64,000 nt of DNA from Myxococcales bacterium (GTDB lineage: Bacteria; Myxococcota_A; Bradymonadia; Bradymonadales; Bradymonadaceae): positions 293 to 64,292 of the forward strand of contig SLJM01000154.1 in NCBI GenBank assembly GCA_007135085.1, written 5' to 3'. Positions 10,311 through 19,521 of the stretch are shown one piece after another. A program made the position numbers and the translations under genes. Position 1 is the stretch's first letter. The number at the start of each line of letters is the position of its first letter. The notes beneath the pieces were generated by a model. It had not been told where the DNA came from. It searched no databases and worked only from the letters and a program-made list of their open reading frames with translations.

Positions 10311-11336
10311 ATGAATTGCCGCCAACGCTTTTTAGACGCCTGCCACTGCAAACCTGTCGACCGCCCCCCGGTGTGGGTGATGCGCCAGGCCGGTCGCCAC
10401 CTTCCGGAGTACCGGGCCCTCAAGGAGCAATATAGCTTCCACGAGCTGACCCAGAACCCGGAGCTGGCCCTGGAGGTGACCATGCAGCCCCTGCGGCGCT
10501 ACGATATGGACGCCGCCATCATCTTCACCGATATTTTGGTCATCCCCGAGGCGATGGGCCAAAATTACGGCTTCCCCGAAGGGGGCGGCATCGCCATGGA
10601 ATGGGCCGTGCGAAGCGCTGGTGACATCGACAAATTGTCCACCGACGGCATCCGAGAAAAGCTGGATTATGTGGGGAAATCTCTGGAGCTGGTGCGCGCT
10701 GAATTGGGAGACGAAAAAGCGCTCATCGGGTTTGGCGGAAGCCCCTGGACGCTGGCCACCTATATGATCGAGGGCGGCAGCTCCAAGGACAAACGACGGG
10801 CCCGCGAACTCTTCTACACCGATCGGCCCCTCTTCGATCGCCTCCTGACTAAGATCACGGACGCTCTGGTCGATTATCTGCAGATGCAGATCGACGCCGG
10901 CGTCGACGCCATTCAGATCTTCGATAGCTGGGGCGGCGTGCTGGCTGCCGACGCCTTCGAAGGCGCGTCGGTGCGCTGGATGCGCGAACTCGTCGAAAAG
11001 ATCGACGGCCAGGTCCCAACCATCGTCTTCAGCCGTGATATGCACGAGCATACGGACGCCCTGGCCAGCACCAAAGCCAACGTCCTCGGCGTGGGTTGGA
11101 CGGCGCGACTGGCCAACGTCAAGAAGCAGCTGCCCGACGACGTGGCCGTTCAGGGCAATCTCGATCCAGTGCTCATGAATACGACCCCCGAGCTCGTGGA
11201 GCGAGAGACCACCAAACTCCTCGACGAGATGAGCCAATTCGACGGCCATATCTTCAACCTGGGCCACGGCATCTCGCCACAGGCCAAGATCGAGTGTATG
11301 GAGCGCCTGGTGGAGACCATCAAAGATTACGCCTGA
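10311..11336 (+). CDS. hemE: uroporphyrinogen decarboxylase
   Basis: RPPVWVMRQAGRHLPEYRAL and IFDSWGG motifs, 341 aa. Confidence 0.95.
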   Translation: MNCRQRFLDACHCKPVDRPPVWVMRQAGRHLPEYRALKEQYSFHELTQNPELALEVTMQPLRRYDMDAAIIFTDILVIPEAMGQNYGFPEGGGIAMEWAVRSAGDIDKLSTDGIREKLDYVGKSLELVRAELGDEKALIGFGGSPWTLATYMIEGGSSKDKRRARELFYTDRPLFDRLLTKITDALVDYLQMQIDAGVDAIQIFDSWGGVLAADAFEGASVRWMRELVEKIDGQVPTIVFSRDMHEHTDALASTKANVLGVGWTARLANVKKQLPDDVAVQGNLDPVLMNTTPELVERETTKLLDEMSQFDGHIFNLGHGISPQAKIECMERLVETIKDYA

Positions 11337-11391
11337 GCCTCAGCCTGGGAACACCCCGAAGGCTGTCGCCCCATCTGTACTGCGAGTTAAG

Positions 11392-12774
11392 ATGTCGAAT
11401 CGAATTGCAATCTGCGGCGCCGGGATCGCGGGCCTGACCCTTGCCTATCAACTCCGCAAGGCCGGCCATGAAGTCACCCTCTTTGAAGCTCGAGACCGGC
11501 CCGGCGGGGTGATCGACACCTTCGAGCGCGATGGCTACCAGCTCGAATCGGGGCCCAATACCTTGCTCGTTCGCCATCGAGAGGTTCAGGAGCTCATTGA
11601 CGAATTGGGCCTCGCCGACCAGGTCGTCCAGGCCTCCGAGGCCGCCTCGACCCGCTATGTCGTCCGAGACGGAAAGCCCCGGGCCCTGCCCTCCTCGCCA
11701 AAGGAAGCGTTGACCACGCCCCTGTTGAGCCCGGCCGCCAGATTGCGAGTCCTCTTAGAGCCTCTGATCGGTCGCTTCCACGACGACGAGATCGACGAGA
11801 CCCTGGCCGGCTTCGTAGAGCGGCGCCTCGGCCCGGAGGTGCTGGCCTATCTGGTCGATCCCTTCGTCGGGGGAATTTTTGCAGGAAACCCCGCCAATTT
11901 GTCGGCCCGTCATACCTTCCCCACTCTCGTTGAATTCGAGGAGTCGGCGGGATCGATCGCTCTGGGAGCCATCAAATTAATGCTCCAGGGACGAAAAAAG
12001 GAGGACGAAAAAGTGGAGCGCCGTCTCATCTCCTTCCAAAAAGGAATGGGCACCCTCGTCGACGCTCTGGCCGCCGAATTGGGCGATCACCTCAGGCTGT
12101 CGACGCCGGTTCGAAAATTGCGCCGCGACGACGATGAGTGGCGGGTGATCTTCGATTATGGAAAGACCCGCCGCGGCCAATCATTCGACGCCGTCGTCCT
12201 GGCCACTCCGGCTCATATACTGCCCACCCTGGAGTGGGAGAATGCCGCCCCGCCGGCGCCGATCATCGAAGAGCTGGCCCACCTGCCCTACGCCCCCTGT
12301 TCGGTAGTCAGCCTGGGCTTTTCCCGCGATCAGGTCGCCCATCCCCTCGACGGCTTCGGCATGCTCATCCCGAAGGTGGAAAATTTCCACATCCTGGGCT
12401 CCCTCTTCGTCTCCAGCATGTTCGATGGCCGGGCCCCGAAGGACCAGGTCTTACTCACGGCCTTCGTCGGCGGCGCCCGCCAGCCACAGTTGGCCACCGA
12501 GGACGAGCAAACCCTCATCGAAATGGCCAGCCTCGATCTGGGCCGTCTCCTCGACATCACGGGCCAACCGACCTTTAGCCACGTCACCAGATGGAGGCGA
12601 GCCATCCCCCAATACGAGGTGGGCCATGGAATCTATCTCGACCATCTGGAGCGACTCGAGCGCGAATTACCGGGGATTTTCTTCGCCGGAAATTACCGAG
12701 ATGGCGTGGGCGTGCCGGATATTATTCGACAGAGCACCCCAAATCGTCGCAGAATTGACAACTTTCTAAGCTAA
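11392..12774 (+). CDS. hemY: HemY-type FAD-dependent protoporphyrinogen/coproporphyrinogen oxidase
   Basis: N-terminal dinucleotide fold IAICGAGIAGLTLAYQL...EARDRPGG, 460 aa, C-terminal FFAGNYRDGVGV. Confidence 0.85.
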   Translation: MSNRIAICGAGIAGLTLAYQLRKAGHEVTLFEARDRPGGVIDTFERDGYQLESGPNTLLVRHREVQELIDELGLADQVVQASEAASTRYVVRDGKPRALPSSPKEALTTPLLSPAARLRVLLEPLIGRFHDDEIDETLAGFVERRLGPEVLAYLVDPFVGGIFAGNPANLSARHTFPTLVEFEESAGSIALGAIKLMLQGRKKEDEKVERRLISFQKGMGTLVDALAAELGDHLRLSTPVRKLRRDDDEWRVIFDYGKTRRGQSFDAVVLATPAHILPTLEWENAAPPAPIIEELAHLPYAPCSVVSLGFSRDQVAHPLDGFGMLIPKVENFHILGSLFVSSMFDGRAPKDQVLLTAFVGGARQPQLATEDEQTLIEMASLDLGRLLDITGQPTFSHVTRWRRAIPQYEVGHGIYLDHLERLERELPGIFFAGNYRDGVGVPDIIRQSTPNRRRIDNFLS

Positions 12775-12802
12775 TCCCCGAACTATATTCGGCAGATCCC
12801 TT

Positions 12803-13786
12803 ATGACCACATTTGACCTCCCCCGCCGCCCCCGACGCCTGCGAGGCTCGGATCACCTGCGCTCGATGGTGCGCGAGACCCACCTTCGCCGTGACGATCT
12901 GATCATGCCCGTCTTCATCGCCGACGGAGAGAATATCCGCCAGGAGATCCCGTCGATGCCCGGGATCTTTCAATATTCTCTGGACGAGGTAGACCGAGAA
13001 TTAGAAGCCCTGGCCCAGGCCGGCGTCTTTCGGATCATCCTCTTCGGCATCCCCCCCACAAAGGATTCGGTGGGCTCTGATGCCTGCGACGACAAGGGGA
13101 TCATCCAGCGCGCTCTTCGCCATATCCGGGCTCAGGACGACCGGTTTTATCTGATCACCGACGTCTGCTTTTGCGAATATACGGATCACGGCCATTGCGG
13201 AGTGGTCAGAGACGACGGGACCCTCGACAACGACGCCACCCTTCTCAACCTCCAGAAACAGGCCGTCTCCCACGCACGGGCCGGCGCCGATATGCTCGCC
13301 CCCTCGGGCATGATCGACGGCATGATCGGCGCCATGCGAGGCGCTCTGGACGAGGTGGGACGTCATGATCTGCCGATCATGAGTTACGCCGTCAAATACG
13401 CCTCCGCCTTCTACGGCCCCTTTCGAGACGCCGTGGACTCGTCGCCTCAATTCGGCGACCGCCGGGCCTATCAGATGGATCCCGCAAACGCCCGTGAGGC
13501 CCGCGTCGAAGCGGCCCTCGACGTCGCTGAAGGGGCGGATCTGCTGATGGTCAAGCCCGCCCTCTCCTATCTGGACGTCATCGCCGATATTCGGCGACAT
13601 TTCGATCTGCCCCTGGCCTGCTATAACGTGTCCGGCGAATATTCGCTGGTCAAAGCTGCGGCCGCCAAAGGCTGGGTCGATGAACAGGCGCTGGCCAAAG
13701 AGAAATTGCTGTCCATGAAGCGCGCCGGCGCCGACATCATCCTCACCTATTTCGCCCGTGACCTGGCTCCTCATCTCGATGGCTGA
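12803..13786 (+). CDS. hemB: porphobilinogen synthase (ALA dehydratase), Zn-type
   Basis: Zn-binding Cys cluster DVCFCEYTDHGHCG and Schiff-base Lys context LMVKPA. Confidence 0.95.
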   Translation: MTTFDLPRRPRRLRGSDHLRSMVRETHLRRDDLIMPVFIADGENIRQEIPSMPGIFQYSLDEVDRELEALAQAGVFRIILFGIPPTKDSVGSDACDDKGIIQRALRHIRAQDDRFYLITDVCFCEYTDHGHCGVVRDDGTLDNDATLLNLQKQAVSHARAGADMLAPSGMIDGMIGAMRGALDEVGRHDLPIMSYAVKYASAFYGPFRDAVDSSPQFGDRRAYQMDPANAREARVEAALDVAEGADLLMVKPALSYLDVIADIRRHFDLPLACYNVSGEYSLVKAAAAKGWVDEQALAKEKLLSMKRAGADIILTYFARDLAPHLDG

Positions 13787-13854
13787 GATATCTGCCCGAC
13801 GGGCAACCAAAAAACCCATTCACCTCTATTGACCCGCAAGAAGTCGAGCAAGAA

Positions 13855-14883
13855 ATGACCCGAGGCGTATTACTCCTAAATCTGGGCTCTCCGGACTCCA
13901 CCGAGACCGACGACGTCCGCACCTACCTTCGTCAATTCCTCGGTGATCCCAGGGTGCTCGACATGCCGGCCTGGAAGCGAAAGCCCCTGGTCGACCTGAT
14001 CATCACCCCCTTTCGCGCCCCCAAATCGGCGGAGGCCTATAAAAAGGTGTGGACCGATCAGGGCTCTCCACTTCTGGTCTACTCCGATCAGGTGCGCGAC
14101 ATGCTCCGCGAGCGCATCGATCTACCCGTAGAAGTGGGCATGCGTTATGGAAACCCCTCCACGGAGTCGGCGATCCGGGCGCTCATGGCCCGCGGCGTAG
14201 AAGAGATCTTTTTGATCCCTCTCTACCCCCAATATGCCATGTCGAGCTACGAAACAGCCGTGGCTCACGCCCAGGAGATCCTCGAGGAGATCGCCCCCGA
14301 GATAAAGCTGGTGGTCCAGCCGCCCTTTTATGACGACCCCGACTATATTGACGCCCTGATCACTGTGGCCAAGCCCTATCTGGAAGAGGATTTTGACCAT
14401 ATGCTCTTTAGCTACCACGGGGTGCCGGAGCGTCACGTCAAGGCCACCGACCCCTCCGGCTGCTATTGCCTGCGGATCGCCGATTGCTGTGAGCGAAAAA
14501 ACCCGGCCCACAGTTTTTGCTACCGCCACCAATGCTTTGCCACGACCAAGGCCTTTGTCAAAAAGGCGAAGATCCCCGACGGCAAGTGGTCGGTGTCCTT
14601 TCAGTCCAGGCTCGGCAGCGATCCCTGGCTGACTCCTTTTACGGATCAACAATTGGAGCGCTTTCCCTCCAAGAATATCAAGCGCCTGGTGATCATCTCC
14701 CCTGCCTTTGTCGCCGATTGCCTGGAGACCATCGAGGAGTTGGGCATGGAGGGCAAAGAGGAGTTTCTGGCCGCTGGAGGCAAAGAATACCGGCTCGTGC
14801 CTTGCCTCAACGATCACCCTCAATGGGTGGACTTGCTCCAACGCTTCGTCTCTGATTATCTCGACGGTGCACTCACCGTCTAA
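13855..14883 (+). CDS. hemH: ferrochelatase with an internal Cys-rich insert
   Basis: LLNLGSPDS N-terminus, ferrochelatase core, and a 25-aa six-Cys segment CYCLRIADCCERKNPAHSFCYRHQC encoded at 14461-14535. Confidence 0.9.
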   Translation: MTRGVLLLNLGSPDSTETDDVRTYLRQFLGDPRVLDMPAWKRKPLVDLIITPFRAPKSAEAYKKVWTDQGSPLLVYSDQVRDMLRERIDLPVEVGMRYGNPSTESAIRALMARGVEEIFLIPLYPQYAMSSYETAVAHAQEILEEIAPEIKLVVQPPFYDDPDYIDALITVAKPYLEEDFDHMLFSYHGVPERHVKATDPSGCYCLRIADCCERKNPAHSFCYRHQCFATTKAFVKKAKIPDGKWSVSFQSRLGSDPWLTPFTDQQLERFPSKNIKRLVIISPAFVADCLETIEELGMEGKEEFLAAGGKEYRLVPCLNDHPQWVDLLQRFVSDYLDGALTV

Positions 14884-14919
14884 GACCGATGACTCTGCCC
14901 CTCCGCTGATGGAGCCAAT

Positions 14920-16200
<1,281 letters not shown>

Positions 16201-16280
16201 ATCTTTTTAAAAAAGCCCTTTGGTGGCTGCCATGAAGGACTTAGCTTTTGCCCGATACTTCCCCAGGGCCGGAGGTAATC

Positions 16281-17225
16281 ATGGACAGCCACACAGATTC
16301 GGATTCACAGAATTTTGACGTCGCCATCATCGGCGGTGGACCAGCCGGGCTGAGCGCCGGGATCTGGCTGGGGCGCTTTCTCCACGACGTGGTCGTCGTC
16401 GATGCCGGTGATCCGCGAAATTGGCGGGCCCGCGAGGTCCACGGTTTTCTGGGGGCCGCCAATATTCGCCCCGCCGAACTGCGCCGCCGCGGCCAACTGG
16501 CGTGCCGTCAATACGGCGTGACCTTGATGGAGACCCACATCGACCAGGCCCGGGTGTTGGGAAAGGACAGCTTTGAGTTTGTCACCGACCAGGGAAAGAA
16601 GTTCCTCTCTCGGCGAGTCTTATTGGCCACGGGCATTCGCGACAATTGGCCAGACATACCGGACCTGAAGCGCTGCTTCGGCATCTCAGTCCACACCTGT
16701 CCCAACTGTGACGGATACGAGTCACGCCTGACCGAAACGGCCGTCATCGGCGCCGGACACCGGGCGGTATCGGTGGCGCGGGCCATGAAGACCTGGACTG
16801 ACCACATCACGATCTATACCCATGGCGAGGAGCCCATCTTCTCGGATGTGGAAGTCGAGGCATTGCGGCGTATGGAGATCGGCGTCGAGACCAGCCCCAT
16901 TTCCGGCATCGAGGAATACCATCGCCACCTGCGAGCGATCGAACTCGCCAGCGGTCGTAACAGGCCCTGCGAGCACCTCTTTCTGGCCATGGGGCAACAT
17001 CCCCGGGATCGAATGGTCGACCAATTGGGCTGCCAGACCGACGACCATGGCTTCGTCTCCGTTGATTCCCACCATCATACTTCTGTGTGGAATGTCTTTG
17101 CCGCCGGCGACATCACGCCGGGCGCTCAGATGGCGTTGCGCGCCGCCGCCGGCGGAGCCGAGGCGGCGCTGTCCATCCATCACTCCCTGATCCCGCCGGA
17201 GCGGCGGGTTCACCGACAGTGTTAA
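16281..17225 (+). CDS. thioredoxin-reductase-like FAD/NAD(P) pyridine nucleotide-disulfide oxidoreductase
   Basis: FDVAIIGGGPAGLSAG, redox CxxC motif CPNCDG, second dinucleotide fold AVIGAGHRAV. A GGAGG RBS lies 7 nt before ATG 16281. Confidence 0.8.
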   Translation: MDSHTDSDSQNFDVAIIGGGPAGLSAGIWLGRFLHDVVVVDAGDPRNWRAREVHGFLGAANIRPAELRRRGQLACRQYGVTLMETHIDQARVLGKDSFEFVTDQGKKFLSRRVLLATGIRDNWPDIPDLKRCFGISVHTCPNCDGYESRLTETAVIGAGHRAVSVARAMKTWTDHITIYTHGEEPIFSDVEVEALRRMEIGVETSPISGIEEYHRHLRAIELASGRNRPCEHLFLAMGQHPRDRMVDQLGCQTDDHGFVSVDSHHHTSVWNVFAAGDITPGAQMALRAAAGGAEAALSIHHSLIPPERRVHRQC

Positions 17226-17800
17226 CGCCGTCGCAGACGCTCGAGGATCATCTCTTCCTGGTGCTGGCCGGGAGAACGCCCCTTATAGACCGTCTCCACC
17301 TTGCCCTCCTCGTCGAGGATGATCACTCCCGGCATGACGTGCGCACGCTCGGGCAGCGTCATATCCAGAGCGTTGAGAAGTGAGTGATCTCTATCGGAGA
17401 GGATCGGAAAATTTAGGCCGAGGCGATTCATCAGCGCCCGGTTGGCGCAGTGACTGGCATCGGAGAGCCCCACCACGACGCCGCCGGTCTGTTGAACCTG
17501 GTGCATCCGATGGGACAGGGCGCGAAGCTGACGCTGACATACCGGGCAGGTCACATCCTTCATCACCACAATCGCCGTCACCCGACCGGGGGCGATCTCG
17601 TCGAGGCCCACCTCACTGCCGTTGGGAAGGGTGACCGTCGCCGCCTCCAGGGGGCTCTGCTCAGTCAGTGCTGGACGGTCGCCGTCGACATCGTGACCGT
17701 TGAGGTAGAAACCGGCCAATGCGCCCATGGCCAACCCCACAAGGGGAGCCGCCACAAAAAGTAAGCTCGCCAATAACCAATGTTGTCGCTTGATAATCAT
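17222..17800 (-). CDS. membrane-anchored thioredoxin-fold redoxin (AhpC/TSA/TlpA-like)
   Basis: N-terminal anchor MIIKRQHWLLASLLFVAAPLVGLAMGALAG, CxxC motif CPVC, and ...PGVIILDEEGKV. Trimmed from ORF-track start 17935 to ATG 17800. The stop shares a TTAA with the convergent TrxR-like gene. Confidence 0.7.
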   Translation of the reverse strand: MIIKRQHWLLASLLFVAAPLVGLAMGALAGFYLNGHDVDGDRPALTEQSPLEAATVTLPNGSEVGLDEIAPGRVTAIVVMKDVTCPVCQRQLRALSHRMHQVQQTGGVVVGLSDASHCANRALMNRLGLNFPILSDRDHSLLNALDMTLPERAHVMPGVIILDEEGKVETVYKGRSPGQHQEEMILERLRRR

Positions 17801-17895
17801 CTTTCTCGCTCTCTGGGAATTTAGACAAACCGTCAACCGTTCGCACCCGCCCGTACTATAAAATGCCTTTATCCATGCGATCTTATTCCCCACAA

Positions 17896-18064
17896 TTTCC
17901 GATTTCCGATTCACGCTTTCCGATTTCCGATTCACCTTTGCCTTGCCGTGTCACTCCCAACGGCAATTTACCCCTCACCCCACAAATCAAATTTTTCCGA
18001 TTTCCGATTCACGCTTTCCGATTTCCGATTCACCTTTGCCTTGCCGTGTCACTCCAAACGGCAA
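17896..18064. repeat. two direct copies of a 71-bp element (17896-17966 and 17994-18064), 98-bp period, one mismatch
   Basis: Each copy contains TTTCCGATTTCCGATTCAC twice. Each also carries a hairpin TTGCCGT-N10-ACGGCAA (copy 1 at 17943-17966). Confidence 0.95.
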
Positions 18065-18082
18065 ATGAAACGACCGAAATTG

Positions 18083-18184
18083 AATCGGAAATCGGAAATC
18101 GGAAATCGGAAATCGGAAATCGGAAATCGGAAATCGGAAATCGGAAATCGGAAATCGGAAATCGGAAATCGAAATCGGAAATCG
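18083..18184. repeat. heptanucleotide microsatellite (AATCGGA)n, about 12.5 perfect units plus about 2 degenerate units
   Basis: Perfect 7-nt periodicity from 18083 to 18170, then a 6-nt unit (one G missing) and a final copy. The unit is the reverse complement of the TCCGATT motifs in the 71-bp elements. No stop codon in any of the six frames. Confidence 0.95.
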
Positions 18185-18215
18185 TGAATATGGCGTTGGG
18201 GTTTGTCGGTCTTTT

Positions 18216-19463
18216 TTAGAACGTATAACCCACGTTCAGGCCCACCAGATGGGAGCCGAGCTGGTAGTTGCCGTCGACGTTGCCGTTTCGGATCTTTCGT
18301 TGATTGAGATAGATGAAATTATATCCCAGGTCGGTGCGGAAATTAGCGACCTCATAGCCCACGCCGGCGGCGAAGACATAGCGGTCGTTGTCGGGCAGCG
18401 ACGGGCCCACCGTATCATCGGGCACGGGGGTCATATCGAAGGCAAAGCCCAGACGGACTTGCAGATCGTCGATGACCTCGTATTGGCCGCCGATGCGAAA
18501 CGCGGCGGCGTCGTTCCAATCGGCGTTGACCACCAGGGGCGGATCACTTTCGCCGGGCTCGCCTTCCGGGCTCTGCTCGCTGAATTCCACCTCAACGCTG
18601 TCGTAGGCCGACCAGGTATAATAATTGACGTCCACCCCCAGCCACAGGGCCTCGGTCAACTGCCAGCCCAGACCGAGGTTGAGCGTATGCGGTATATCGA
18701 TGCTGGTCGCGATCTCCTGATCGACCATACGGTCCTCGAAGGGCGTTCCCTCCACATTTTCGCTGAACCGGGCGTGACCATGATAATCGATCTTCGCCCC
18801 GCTGCGGTAATTGAGCCCCACCGTAATGGCGTCAGTGGGTCGGTACATGGCTGCAAAGGTGCCGCCCACGCCGTATCCCACGCCGCCGAGCTCGACCTGT
18901 GCCTCCCGGTCGTCGCGTAAGATGATGGTTCGCGACTGCGACAATTCAGATCGCATCACCTGAACGCCTGCAGCGACCCCGAGATCGAGGCCCGGCACCT
19001 TATAGGCTACGTTGGGATTGACGTTGATCGTGCGCAGCGATTGAGCCTGAAAATTCTCCCGTCCCACCCAGTCCTGGGGCCAGGTGATCGCCAGTCCCCA
19101 GGGAAGGGTCACGCCCAGGCCGGCCGTAAACCCTCCGGCCACGGGGATGGCCAGGCTGAAGTTGGGGGGTGGGAAGATCGCCGCCTCCGTATTCTCCGTG
19201 ATCTCCCCGTCGATACTCTCGTAGCTGACGGAGGGCACGATAATCGTGGGACCCGCGTTGATCTCAATCCCCTGCGAAAAGGCCATGGACGACGGGTTAT
19301 AAAAGTTGGCGTTCGGTTCGTCGGGGTTGCCCGTGGCCACACCGGCCATACCGGTGGCGGTGCCGCTCTGAGCCGTATTCGCAAAGCCTGCGGCGAAAGC
19401 CGTATGCGGTGCTGCCACCAGTGTCGCGACGAGGGCAAAGCCCAAAAGATTGCCTGTCTTCAT
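18216..19463 (-). CDS. FadL/OmpP1/TodX-family outer-membrane hydrophobic-compound channel
   Basis: Signal peptide ...AAPHTAFAAGF, N-terminal hatch-like GMAGVATGNPDEPNANFYNPSSMAF, alternating beta-strand pattern, C-terminal ...LNVGYTF. Confidence 0.8.
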   Translation of the reverse strand: MKTGNLLGFALVATLVAAPHTAFAAGFANTAQSGTATGMAGVATGNPDEPNANFYNPSSMAFSQGIEINAGPTIIVPSVSYESIDGEITENTEAAIFPPPNFSLAIPVAGGFTAGLGVTLPWGLAITWPQDWVGRENFQAQSLRTINVNPNVAYKVPGLDLGVAAGVQVMRSELSQSRTIILRDDREAQVELGGVGYGVGGTFAAMYRPTDAITVGLNYRSGAKIDYHGHARFSENVEGTPFEDRMVDQEIATSIDIPHTLNLGLGWQLTEALWLGVDVNYYTWSAYDSVEVEFSEQSPEGEPGESDPPLVVNADWNDAAAFRIGGQYEVIDDLQVRLGFAFDMTPVPDDTVGPSLPDNDRYVFAAGVGYEVANFRTDLGYNFIYLNQRKIRNGNVDGNYQLGSHLVGLNVGYTF

Positions 19464-19521
19464 CTCATTACTCCCTGTTCCGTCGAAGCGGCGAACCTGT
19501 GTTGGGCCCGCCGATTAAATC

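Noticed and set aside
17896-18184. Possible CRISPR array.
   Set aside because: There are only two 71-bp copies, with a 27-nt spacer that itself resembles flanking sequence, and then a 7-nt microsatellite. There is no series of unique spacers and no cas genes in the window.
17863-18219. Plus-strand ORFs (17863-18219 and 17948-18187) encoding (SEIGNRK)n and FPISDSR repeats.
   Set aside because: They are open only because the heptamer GGAAATC has no stop in any frame. There is no RBS and no protein-like context. I treat them as a DNA/RNA-level repeat.
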